DNA of 64,000 nt from positions 1,054,001-1,118,000 of the forward strand of contig MU008166.1 of the NCBI GenBank assembly GCA_010909165.1, given 5' to 3'. Position numbers and translations under genes: made by a program. A model generated the notes under the pieces. The model was not told the DNA's origin and made no database searches. It was given only the letters and a program-made list of their open reading frames with translations. The stretch is from Anthoceros angustus (taxonomy: Eukaryota > Plantae > Anthocerotophyta). Below, piece after piece: positions 49,930 to 61,372 of this stretch. Each line of letters begins with the position of its first letter. The stretch's first letter is position 1.

Positions 49930-52593
49930 TTCCTGAGGGATTTTCATGATTGGATCTGGGCATTTCTCGAGGCCCAGGATCATTCTAGATCTGATGTCTC
50001 TCCCACTGCATTCTCCGCCTCTCTTGCTCCTCCTTCTCCTGCTGTTTCAGTTTTTCTTGCTGTTGTTGTCTTCCTTCCGTATTTCTTCGCCTTTGAATTT
50101 CAAGAGCTTTCTCCCTCTGCTTTGATACTCGGAATTCGACGGCTTTCCGCCTCTGCCTCTCAATTAATGCCGACTCTCGCTCCACTTTCTGTCTATCAAA
50201 TTCCAAGTCCCGTTCTCGGGAGATATCAGCCAAACGCTGCTCAAAACTGCTGGAATTCCCAGTCCCATTCTGCAGAAACACGTCCACAGGTAATATGGCC
50301 AAATTCCGATCTTGTTGCACTTCACGCGCTTTATCATTTGCAGACAATGAGCGCAACTTTCGAGACCACTCCATCAATGTTGAAGTGCGGAGCAGTGTTG
50401 CTCAAACTAAAGTGAGATTGCATCTTTGGTAGACAAATTTGACATCTGCCAAAAGCACTCCAAATGAATAAACAGTAACAAATGAATGAACAGTCACAAA
50501 CTCTACAGTCAGGAACTTTACCCTGCCATCATTTTCAATTTGAATAGTCCCAGTCATTGGTCTGCTGTTATCGATTTGCCTTTCTGAGCAATGCTTTCAA
50601 CCACTGCATTGTTTACCTGTCAAAGCATAAGGAGTTAAACCACATTATAAAAGAAACGCTGCGACAAGCAAGGAGTACCAACTTTGTGCCAGGGGCCAAA
50701 TACAACTTTCAACAATATCTGAGATGCTGCTGACATTGATTTGCAATCCATTTTCATGATGAACTACGGTGTGGAAGACCATAACGAGAATGAAGCGGTC
50801 GAACACACTAAAGCATAAAGAGATTACGCAAACCACAATTCGCAAATTCACAAATTACTTACAGTTTGATCGCCTTGAGCAAGGAAATTCACATGAGCCT
50901 ACGATTACAATATGTCAAAACATTTTCAGGACAGAGCTTATCCTCAAACCCAAACACACTTACATCTTCAGGCTGGCTCGCAAATACAACTTCCGGAGTC
51001 ACAGTAACAACAGTTGATGGGAGCACACCATGCAAATCATCTTGCATACGGTTGAGTTCCTCAGTCAGCAACTCTTTGTAAGATCTTCGTTCTCCAGGCA
51101 CCAGAACCCTTGCTGCTGCTGCCTGCTTCGCTTGCCCTGAACTATCATACCTGCGGAATCCACAAGATATCAGAAAAGGAACACTACCATCAGAAACAAG
51201 GACACAACCAAGAGAATAAGCTACCACACCATGCCTTGAAAACCCGGCATTTGTTTTGTGCCCGGTAACATACGCGATCGGGCACCGAGCCATTGTTAGC
51301 GTGTAATCATGTCACACGACAACTCTTGTTGGTGTAGTAGCCTTCAAGACCAGCGACACGCCATTGTCTTCATGTCGAGAAAGCATCCCTTTCGGAACAC
51401 GCAATTTTGCATACCATGCCTGGTGAAACAGTTTCGAATTAGTGCATAATAGAAAAGAATGACTTACAGATGAATGGACAGAACAATGAATGGAAAAGGA
51501 TGGAAAGAACAAAAGATTAAACTTACATTTGATCTCGGATTGTCAATTGGCGAGTTGAACAAAAACCCTTGGATACCCTTATTTCCGTCATTCGTCCACT
51601 TTGAAAGTGATCAATATACCACGAAGGTTTGGATCACATCCAACTCATAATTCTTGAGCTTTGGCCAAAATGCTATGGTAGTTTCGCATATCAACCTTAT
51701 AGTTTTTTGACATTCGTTCCTCATATCTGCAAACAGTTTAGAAATCACCCAATACCCAAAAAGTTCATTGACTGTACAAGACACAAAAAGGAACTTACTG
51801 GACAAAATTCCCGCGAGAATCTGATCCAAAGGTGAAATCCATAATCGGAGGTTGTGTGCTCTCTCCACCACGAACCCAAACCGATTCATACAAAAGTATG
51901 CACTGCACGGAAGGAACTCAAGGTCAAACAACAATTTCCTTCAACTGAATTCAAAAGAAAGAGCGAGTATACCTCTTTTGGCGCCACGACCAAACGAACG
52001 ATGGTCCCTGGGCAAGGATCCTCTGCTCATCATCATCAGAAATGACCTTTACCTCCTTACGGCAAGAAACAATGCCAAGGTCCTTGCCGATCTTCATCGA
52101 GGCCACCAGGCGACTGTGCCCCATGAAATATACCATGGAACATATTTATGATAGGGACATCAGAACCCAAACGGCTTTGGTCAAGAACACACTTTCTTAT
52201 CAGGATCCGATTAAACCCTCGGAAGAAGGACATCAACCTGAAAAATAGAGAAGGGTAAGATACCAAAGATTCAAAAAAACCGACATACTCAATGAAAAAA
52301 ACACACTTACGTTTCTGGGGAGAACCTGAGGTTGTTCTTCAGATTTCGCACTTGATGGAAGAAAGGTATCAGATTCAAGTTCAGATCTTTATGGGGGATA
52401 TCCTCTACTACTCTATCCCAACCTCTAACACCACTTACTTTCATAAAAGCTCTCAATCTACTTCGACACCAATTGTTTTGACGCTTTGACTTATCCTCAC
52501 CCCCACTCAGAGCATCAAAAACAGCACCATCAGGAACAGAAGGATCAAACCCTTGCTCTCTGAAATTAACTTCATCCTCAATCTCTTCAGCGC
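49930..52593 (-). mobile_element. Intron-containing Crypton-like (DUF3504-type) tyrosine recombinase gene, frameshifted, 5' part interrupted by the Gypsy LTR
   Basis: Reconstructed across introns and indels, in order: VISDDDEQRIL; YFCMNRFG.RGGE.H.L (Arg at about 51871); DFTFGSDSRGNFV|YEERMSKN; AWYAKL; AGLEGYYTNKSCRVT (about 51310-51350); VTGHKTNAGFSR|YD (His+9 Tyr at 51147-51149, via a GC-AG intron at 51151-51234). Downstream short exons and a coiled-coil exon (49985-50377). Confidence 0.8.
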
Positions 52594-53218
52594 TGTCATG
52601 CCGTGTGATACTAATCTCTGCACTTGGGTTTAGTGTTTGATTAGCATTAATTAATCTAATTACTTATCTTTAAGTAAGTAATTAGTGTTAATTAATCTAA
52701 AGTGCTTATGTTAATTAAGCGTTGATTAGTGTTAATTAATCTAATGTGCTTATGTTAATTAAGCATTGATTAGTGTTAATTAAACATGGTTAGCAATAGC
52801 TAAGTGGATAAGCTCAAGTAATATGCTTTGGCATATTCCTTGCATATTATAGTGTATTCTTAGGATACAATAGCTAAGTGGATAAGCTCAAGTAATATGC
52901 TTTGGCATATTCCTTGCATATAGTGTATTCTTAGGATATTTACGGCATCTTTGATGCCGATAGGATATCTTAGGAATATGCCGATGCGTCTAGTATATAG
53001 ACCCTTCCATTGAGACAAGCTCGGATCATAGCTTGTCCTCTAGATATCTAATCTGGGCGTTGTGAGGAGGCCAAAGCTATGACTCAGGAGCGATGTGTGA
53101 GGAATTTGCGTGTTGTTCTCGTGGGAGGTGTGTTTGTGCACGATTCCTCCTCCTGTTGTTACAAGCTATGATCTCGACATGCCGCTAGGTGATGCTAAGC
53201 GATGCTAGGCGGGTGACA
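52594..53218 (+). repeat. 5' LTR of the Gypsy element (TGTCA...TGACA), containing 44 bp and 72 bp internal tandem repeats
   Basis: Starts TGTCATG and has a candidate end GGTGACA. Near-identical to about 60211-60779. The exact 3' end is tentative. Confidence 0.7.
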
Positions 53219-56179
53219 AGGCGTGCTAAGCGATGCTAGGCGATGCTGGTGGCCAGGCTGAGGCGGCTGAGGCCAAGTCAAGGAGAGGGCGAAGCCCAAG
53301 TCAAGGCGAGGAGAGGAGAAGGCGAAGCCCAAGGCCAAGGAGGAAGAGGCCTCCAAGGCCAAGGAGGCGGCCTAAGGCCAACCAAGGCCAAGGAGAAACA
53401 AGAGTATTTTACTCTTGGGCCCAGTCAAGGGATAAGGGAAGCGGATGAACATGGGTATGTCATGAGTCCATTTGATTTCACTTTCTGTCCAAAAGTCCTG
53501 GTTGCGGCACCCCATCCAGGTCTTGATCCACGGTGCTTAACTCTGGAGTTCTATGCCTTTGCTATCCAACTCACCCAGCTCACATTTTACATAGTGACTG
53601 CGAGTATTATATGCATTTTAACATGCATAGATACTTAGAGGTTTCACTAATCACGATCTAAGATAGCGGGGTGTGTTAACCTTGATTAAGGGTTTGATCT
53701 AGCCACTAACCGCCTGGAGTGCATGCTGGACACACTCGATCCGGACGGAGCTACCAACCAACAAGTCCATCGAGGCGAATTGAAGTCCCGACCAAGAGGA
53801 GAAGTGCGAACACCTCGATTTTGGTACACCAGAAGGGCGGAGGAACCCAGGCACAATCAACAATCTTTGAAGGATCGTGGTGGCACACACAAGACACGTT
53901 AGTCTTGCCGGGACAACTCGGTAGGCGGCGAGGAGGACTTGTCTCTTGGAGTCGTCAAGATGGGAGGAGACAAGGATCGAATGGAGTTGTTCACAGACGG
54001 CACCTTGCCAGGAGGACTTCATCGAGAAATGCAGTGCGGTGTGTGCGGAGATGGAATTGAAGACCGGATACAGCGATACGGCTTCATCCAAATGCCAAGT
54101 ACTTGGGGATGAAGCATTGGCGTGCTCGCGAGCACAAGGCGAGGCTTGGCCGGAGGACCGGTGAGTAGCAGTTCAAGCTCGAAGGAACCGGTCGACAGCG
54201 GAGTGGGCACGATCCCATCGAAGAGATGTTTGACATCTTCTGGAGTTTCCTGCAAGCACGGATGAGAAGATCTCGGTGACACACTTCAAGATGAAGTCAG
54301 TGAGGCTGAAGATGGCTTATCAAGAATCGACCGGTTAGTACGTGACACAAGATCATGAGTGAATCGGGCTGCAGAAGTACTTGCAGGCATTGCCATATGC
54401 ACTGCGCATGAAGGTGCAACAAGCGGTGCACAGCACGAAGGGGCAACACTACACCCTCAAGGAAGTGTACGAGATGGCTGACAAGATAGGGCCCGCTGAC
54501 ACTTTCTCTCGTGCTGTTGCAAGTGATTACTCCAGCACAAGTAGGAGTGGTGGACGACATGGCCAAGCGGAGGTCAGTGGAGGAGCTCGGCGAGACAAGC
54601 CGCCCCACAGCCCAAGTGGCGAGCCTGCGTGAGGTCGAGGGGCGGACCATTCCCTCATGAGTGCGAGCATGCATTCGGAGGAGTCAAGGGTGAGGAGCCA
54701 TGCCCTAGGTGTGGGAGTGCAGGCACAATGAAGCGGCATGTTGGGAGAAGCATCCAATTGCGGCCTACGGGTTATCGAGCAGCAACCCGGCCAATGCATC
54801 TGCGTCAACCTCATCCACAAAATCGAAGAGCAAAGGCGCCGTGGAGGAGGCCGTGAGTCCCGTGGACAAAAGAAAGCGGGAAGCATCAAAGAAGGCGATG
54901 GACAGCTCGTGGCACGCCTTGCAAAGCTGGAGAAGTTGGTGCGAAGGCGAAGATCAAGGAGAGCGGCTTCATCATCGGAGGGCGAAGAAGATGAGCACAA
55001 GCTTGGATACATGGCGGCGTGACCGGATCCAAGGGCAGGGAAGAAACCTCCAGCGACTACGAGAAGATAGCTCGGAGGAAGAAGAGGATGTCTTGACACC
55101 GGTCGGAAGACACGGAAGGAAGCTTGGGGATCCTCTTCCGAACCTATGCCAAGATGCCAAAGTCGTTTGAGCCATTGCCAGCAGAGCTGTGGGAGCAACA
55201 TCAAAGTCCAGTGGGCGATGTGGAGAAACCCATGCAGTTGGCGGAGGATGGCACAAAAGCTTGGAGATGCCATGTTTGACCTACAAGACATGGGGTTGAG
55301 CGTGAAGGAAGTCGGGGTTTGACTCGGCGGATGTTGACAACCCTTGAAGACGAAGCAAGTGTCGACAATGTGCCACAACGGTGGCAATGATGTCATTGAC
55401 CTCGAGCCAAGCATCTCGTGGAAGCGGAATCTTTGCAGTGGGAGTGGCTTTGGTCAACAATCGGAGAGGCACATTGAAATCAATGGATTCGCACCAAGGA
55501 GGTGTTGATTGACGAACACGGTAGGTGATCGTTGGAAGAAGAGTGAAGGAAGGCGTTGGGTCTCCACCAAGAAAGGTTGAAGGAAACCAAGTGGAAGATC
55601 CCCGCGGGGACCACGGAGCATGTGTTGGGGTGACAAGGTACAAGGTGAAGGTTTCATTCAAACCAAGAATGAGACTTCACCTTTGTCGAGGTACAGCTTG
55701 GTCAGATGCGACACTTTTGATGTCTTCTTTGGGACGCTTTGTACAAACACAGGTCATGGTGGATTGTGGAGAGGCAGTCTACTATCGACCAGTGGAGAAG
55801 GAAAACCGATGAACGGATTGCCGCATCCCTCTGCTGCATGGCAAGGATCATGAGAACCTCATTGCCAGCGTCTACCAGTGTTTGGCGTGGTGAAGGACCA
55901 TACGTGCTTGAACCTCTTGGCGTGTGTCTAACAACCGCCGGACCGATGGAGGATTTCGAGCGAGGAAGACAAGCTAGGGTTGCAACCACCCTCGGAGGAG
56001 GTTCTTCAAGTCACCCGACGGAGTGGTGATGCGGCAATGAGCCGTGCAAAAGGCTGTGGAGGATGGTGCAAGAGGACCGTGCCCTATGAGCCGGAGAACT
56101 GTAAGTTCTTGCCTAGGGTTGAGCCTGTTTGTGACCTAAACACCAGGTCATCACATGGCGACCTCGGGAAGGCGGCATA

Positions 56180-57065
56180 GTGCTCGTGGAACTCTTTGGA
56201 GGCATCAGTACCGGCTTGGAAGCAGTGCTAAAGTGTGGCATCAAAGTGCGAAGATACGTGCATTGTGACCCGGATCCAAAAGCAAGGATTGTGTCACAGA
56301 AGCGCGTAAGAGACTTGATGGGGGAGTACCCTAACCTCCTGACGTGGGAGTCAGTGAAGGGTTACCGTGCCGATGGATGTTCGCATGATAGGGTTGTCCC
56401 ATTTGAGTTGTCTTGGGCAACCGTGGACCTTGTCATCGCAGTTGGGAGTGTCAAGGACTATCCTCTGCGAGCAAGGGTCAAGGTCAAGGATCCACGACAG
56501 CATTGTTCTATGACGATGAGGATCTTGCGCTTGATCCGAAGGGCAAGAAAGGCCTTGTGGATACATGTTGGAGAATGTGCCATGCATGAGCGTGAAGAAG
56601 CAAGTTCGGAGGACTTTGCCACGATCCGAGGAGTGTTGGGTCGGGAGCTTCTATTGGATGCAGCTCAATTTGGTTCGAGGGCTCATAGGTTGAGGTCCAT
56701 GTGGACTAACCTTGCTCCTTGGAACATTTGAAGTGTCGAGGTCGTTCACCAAGCGACCTAATCATGTTGTCAAGGATGTGCTAGCATCGGAAGGCATGCC
56801 CAACAAGTCATCAAGGCGACAAGCCGCGCTTGTGAACACGCTGGACACCCCATGGCGGCTTGGCCAACCTTTGTGTCTAAGTCCAAGTCTTACGCCTTCA
56901 GAACCATGGCCCGGCGTTGTGGTGGGACATGGCGAGGCCTTGGGAGAGCCACACGAGAGGAGTTGGCCATGGGATTTGATCGAGCCACGAGACAGGAGTG
57001 GAGAAGGAACGGTGTCGATTGCTTGGGCAAGCATTTGACGTGAACATGATGACCTGGTTGTTTAG
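56180..57065 (+). CDS. DNMT3-like C5 cytosine methyltransferase domain within the Gypsy pol region (frameshifted in this sequence)
   Basis: Motif I VELFGGISTGLEAV; II YVHCD; III MDVR; IV VDLVIA(G)WECQGLSS (catalytic Cys 56449-56451); ALFYD; VI GYMLENV (56571); VIII LDAAQFGSRAHRLRSMWTNL; IX ELAMGF; X RCRLLGQAFDVNMMTWLF. Order and sequence parallel DNMT3 (IDA..SAAHRARYFWGNL; RQRLLGRSWSVPVIRHLF). Confidence 0.88.
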
Positions 57066-59904
57066 CTATGGGTACCAACTTCGAAACCAGAAGAAGGCGG
57101 GGTTGAAGCAGCGGGTTCGGTGGGTGAAGGACATTCCTCGCATCTCAACAGGAGAAGGCGAGTTTGGAGGGCAAGGAGAGTGAGCACGTAGAGGAAGCGT
57201 GCAAGCCATCTGAGCCACAGCCACATGAGTGGTTAACAGCGTCGAGTTGAAGAGCAATCAACGGCGTCAGCTAAAGGAGTTGTTGGAGGCATCGCGACAT
57301 GTGTTTGCTTTCACGCTTGCGGAGATGGGGAAGTACACCAAAGGGAAGTTCCACATAGAATCGACCACGGATGAACCTGTTCAGAGGCACAGCTCAAAAT
57401 GAGTGGGATTTGGTTGAGAATCGATGCCAAGAGCTTCTCAAGCTAGGGGTGATTCGACGATCTAACTCGCAGACGCAGCGATGCTGCTCCAAAAGAAGGA
57501 TGAGAATGGATTGTGGACGGAGAGGAGAATGTGTGGTGACTATCGGCCGTTGAAGCAGCGAATCCCACATGACCACTATCCCATGACGGTGAGAGATCTT
57601 CGACACCATTGGGTGCCAAGTTCTTCTCAACATTGGACTTGAGGCTAGGGTTTCACCAAGTAGAGATCGCAAGAAGACAAGAAGAAAACGCGTTAGAGGT
57701 GTATGCAGTGGAATTACATGCCATTTGGTTGAAGATCGCCAACGCAGTTCAAAGGTACATGGACAATGAGCTCAAGGACTTGCATTTCGCCAAGTGCTAC
57801 ATTGATGACGTCATCATCTTCAGCAATACCTTTGAGGAGCATCTACAACATCTTGAGTCTTTGCTAGGCGCTTGGGTTGAAGGCCCATCCAGGAAGTGTC
57901 GATTTGGAGAGGATAAGGTGTTGTACTTGGGTCATTGGATCACGCTGGCGGATCTCGCCGCATGCCACCAAGGTGGAGGCAATCGCGCATTCCGGCCAAA
58001 CGACATCTCAAGTTGAGGGCATTCTTGGGTTTGGCGGTTACTACGAAGTTCATTCCGCGGATGAGCGGATTGCGGCCATTGAATGACTTGTTGAAGAAGT
58101 TGGTGACTTGGCGTTGGACTCAAGAGGGAGCTTTCATGGAGTTGAAGGGTAGACTCATGAGCTCGCCAATTCTTGGTCATCCAAACTTCAGTAAGCCGTT
58201 CGTACTTTACACTGATTGGAGCAAGTACGGCATAGGGGCAGTCTTGGCGCAGATCAATGACAAGGAAGAGGAACATGTCATTGCCTATGCCAGTCGGAGC
58301 AACTAATGGAGTCCAACTACTCTGCCTATGAAGGAGAATGTCTTGCAGCAGTGTGGGCAGTCGGACACTTTCGTCCGTACTTGTTTGGACATCAGTTTCG
58401 ACTGATCACTGACCATCAACCCTTGCACTGGTTGATGACAAACGCCAAGCTTACAAGAAAGCTGGCGAGGTGGGCTCTCATTCTCCAGGAGTATGACTTT
58501 GTCATCGAACACCGGCGGTAGAGTTCACTCTAATCGATGGGTTGTCAAGGAATCCTCTACCTCGTAACGAAGACACTAGGGGCCGGGCAAGATTCGGATG
58601 GAGCAACAGCCGGGGGGAGAGTAGTCCGAGATACCATGTTGGCCATGCGCATGAGGATCAAGACCCTCCACTCATCGCTTTGTGCACAGTCCGTCAGGAC
58701 ATCAGGCGGATGCAATAGCGGTGACCTTCCTAAGGTCGGGAATTGCCACAAGGGCTTTCATCTCGAGCGGGCCAAGCTACGCGAGAAGGTGGCTCGGTAC
58801 TATTGGAAGGAGGACATAATGTATGTCCGTGATTCTGGGAGATAGAATTGTACCCAAGGAGGATGGGTGAGACTCATCACCCGGTGCATGAAGGCTTAGG
58901 GCATTTTGGTGCTAAGCTCTACATGCTCGAGCCCACACACTTTTGGGCAAGGATGTATGGAGATGTGGAAAGGCTGGTCGCAGAATGTAGAGTGTGCGAT
59001 CAGTGAAGGCAAGGTTCACGCCAATGATGTTGTGCTTCACTCTGCCGATCCGAGGACTCTTCTACTGGAGTGTGGATCTCATGCCGGACATGCGAGGCAG
59101 CGTCGAAACAAGCATGTCATGCTAATGGTGGAGCATTTCAGCAAGTGGTGCGAGGTTGCCATCTTACCCAAGCGTGACTCTCGGCTTACGAAGGCGTTCT
59201 TGGCTTCCGTTCTTAGTCGATATGGAGCATGTGCAGGTTCTCACGGGCAAAGAATTCGTGGGGAATTTCAAGACTTGACAGAGCTTGATTGATCATCGAC
59301 GTCGTCGAGATCATCCTCAAGCCGATGGACTTCTGAGCTTGGTCACGGACCTTCAAGCGGCCTTGCGCAAATATTGTCTCACAAATGACCAAGACATGGG
59401 ATGAAGGGATGCCATACCTAGTGCTAGGGTGGTGAGCAATCAAGCGACCTTGAGCAATTTTTCACCATACTACTTGTTGTATGGGCGACAACCATTTTGC
59501 CAAACGTGAGGCAAGCAAGGCTACAAGCACCGGTGGATTGGCGCAATGCGGATGATTGCCTACGAGACCGGAAAGGCGGGCGAGCTTTTCAACGGATCAT
59601 GCCCATGGCAATGGAGAACCTTGCCATAGCGCAACAGGATCAAGCTGCGCTATGCTTACACACGAGGAGGGACATGGAAACCCAAGGTGCGCAAGTTCGA
59701 AGTTGGAGATTATGTCTACACGCCGGAAGCAGGCAACCTTAGGTATCCACCAGCAGAGTCATCTTGCGGGTCGTGAGTAGGCAAAGATGGAGTGCTTGAG
59801 CTCAAGGATCCGATGGTCAAGATGGAAGGATCACCTCAAGAACTGCACCATGCCACTTACCCAATTTGGACCCTCAACTACGGCCTACAATGTGGCGTCC
59901 ACCC

Positions 59905-60055
59905 AAAGACTTGGAGTGTCGTTTGTGGACGTCGATGATGATGATGTAATGCTTCTTTGTGATCGGTGCAATAGGGGATACCACATGTTTTGTGTTCAAC
60001 CACCTCTTGACGACATTCCGAGGAAGATTGGTTTTGTGCACAATGCACTACATGA
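59905..60055 (+). CDS. PHD finger at the integrase C-terminus
   Basis: C..C..DDDDVMLLCDRCNRGYHMFCVQPPLDDIP.EDWFCAQC, the canonical C4HC3 pattern, read across a frameshift. Confidence 0.85.
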
Positions 60056-60210
60056 GGTGCGTCGTATGTAGTCCTACTAATGATAATGTTTTGACTTGGA
60101 GTCTCACATTATCGGGGATTGGTTTGCACCTATATACCAGATTAGATTTGTTTGCTTGGTTGTTGGTCGAGGAAGTGCTTATATGAATTCAAGTGCTTAC
60201 CTCGTCGGCG

Positions 60211-60779
60211 CATGCCGTGTGATACTAATCTACGCACTTGGGTTTAGTGTTTGATTAGCATTAATTAATCTAATTACTTATCTTTAAGTAAGTAATTAGT
60301 GTTAATTAATCTAAAGTGCTTATGTTAATTAAGCATTGATTAGTGTTAATTAATCTAATGTGCTTATGTTAATTAAGCATTGATTAGTGTTAATTAAACA
60401 TGGTTAGCAATAGCTAAGTGGATAAGCTCAAGTAATATGCTTTGGCATATTCCTTGCATATTATAGTGTATTCTTAGGATACAATAGCTAAGTGGATAAG
60501 CTCAAGTGTATGCTTTGGCATATTCCTTGCATATTATAGTGTATTCTTAGGATATTTCGGCATATGCGCCAATAGGATATCTTAGGAATATGCCGATGCG
60601 GTCTAGTATATATAGACCCTTCCATTGAGGACAAGCTCGGATCATAGCTTGTCCTCTAGATATGCAATGCAGGCGTTGTGAGGAGGCCAAAGCTATGACT
60701 CAGGAGGCGATGTGTGAGGAATTTGCGTGTTGTTCTCGTGGGAGAGTGTGTTTGTGCACGATGCAGCTACTCCTCCCTT
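60211..60779 (+). repeat. Second LTR copy (3' LTR or shared LTR), apparently truncated
   Basis: Near-identical to 52597-53153, including the internal tandem repeats. Confidence 0.85.
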
Positions 60780-61372
60780 TGGTTTGCACCTATATATTAG
60801 ATTTGTTTGCTTGGTTGTTGGTCGAGGAAGTGCTTATATGAATTCAGAAGTTACCTCACCATAACAAAATCATCTTAGGACACATCTCAAAACTCTCAAT
60901 CTTTCAAACATATCAAGACACTCTTGATCGTGGGACCACTTGGATAAGGGGCAATAACGAATGGAAAACTCACCAACCCCGTGATATGGCGGGACAATCG
61001 TTGCTGCGCAAGAAACTCGCCACACAGTCTGGAGATATGTCTTCGCGATCCAAAGACTATAGTGTCATTAGTGATCAAAGGCTCATTTTCACCAACAAAA
61101 TCGACTCCTCTCTCAAGAATAGGGCGTGGTTAGTGATTTCGCAACATAGGCCCTCCACCAAAGGCGGACGAGTGTCCAATCTTCTTCTTTTGAGCAAACT
61201 CAAGCAGCCGAAAAGAAAATCGCCTTGGCAATTTGGACCTTCATCCTGGAACCAAATCGTTCCCTCACTATGGACAAGACCATCGATTTTACCGTCGTCA
61301 TTGAGAGGATGAGTTGCGGTATGTCTAATGGCGAGACTTGTTCGTTGTCTTGTAAAGGGCTTTGACATCATG

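Larger units (their letters stand above)
52594..60779 (+). mobile_element. Ty3/Gypsy LTR retrotransposon: gag(CCHC)-PR-DNMT3-like MTase-RT-RNaseH-IN-PHD
   Basis: Gag YLQALPY with CxxC..H..C knuckles (about 54620-54750). RT RMCGDYRPL, FSTLDLRLGFHQ, MPFGL, YIDD (57798). RNase H YTDWSKYGIGAVL, EGECLAAVWA, TDHQPL, LARWAL. Integrase VEHFSKW, HPQADG, SPYYLLYGR. RT-RH-IN order indicates Gypsy. Flanked by LTRs, with many small deletions. Confidence 0.93.

Noticed and set aside
60120-60866. DIRS/Ngaro-type YR retrotransposon interpretation, joining the neighbouring YR with the RT and split repeats
   Set aside because: The retroelement has its own Gypsy DDE integrase. The YR lies outside the LTR on the opposite strand, contains introns and is interrupted by the LTR.
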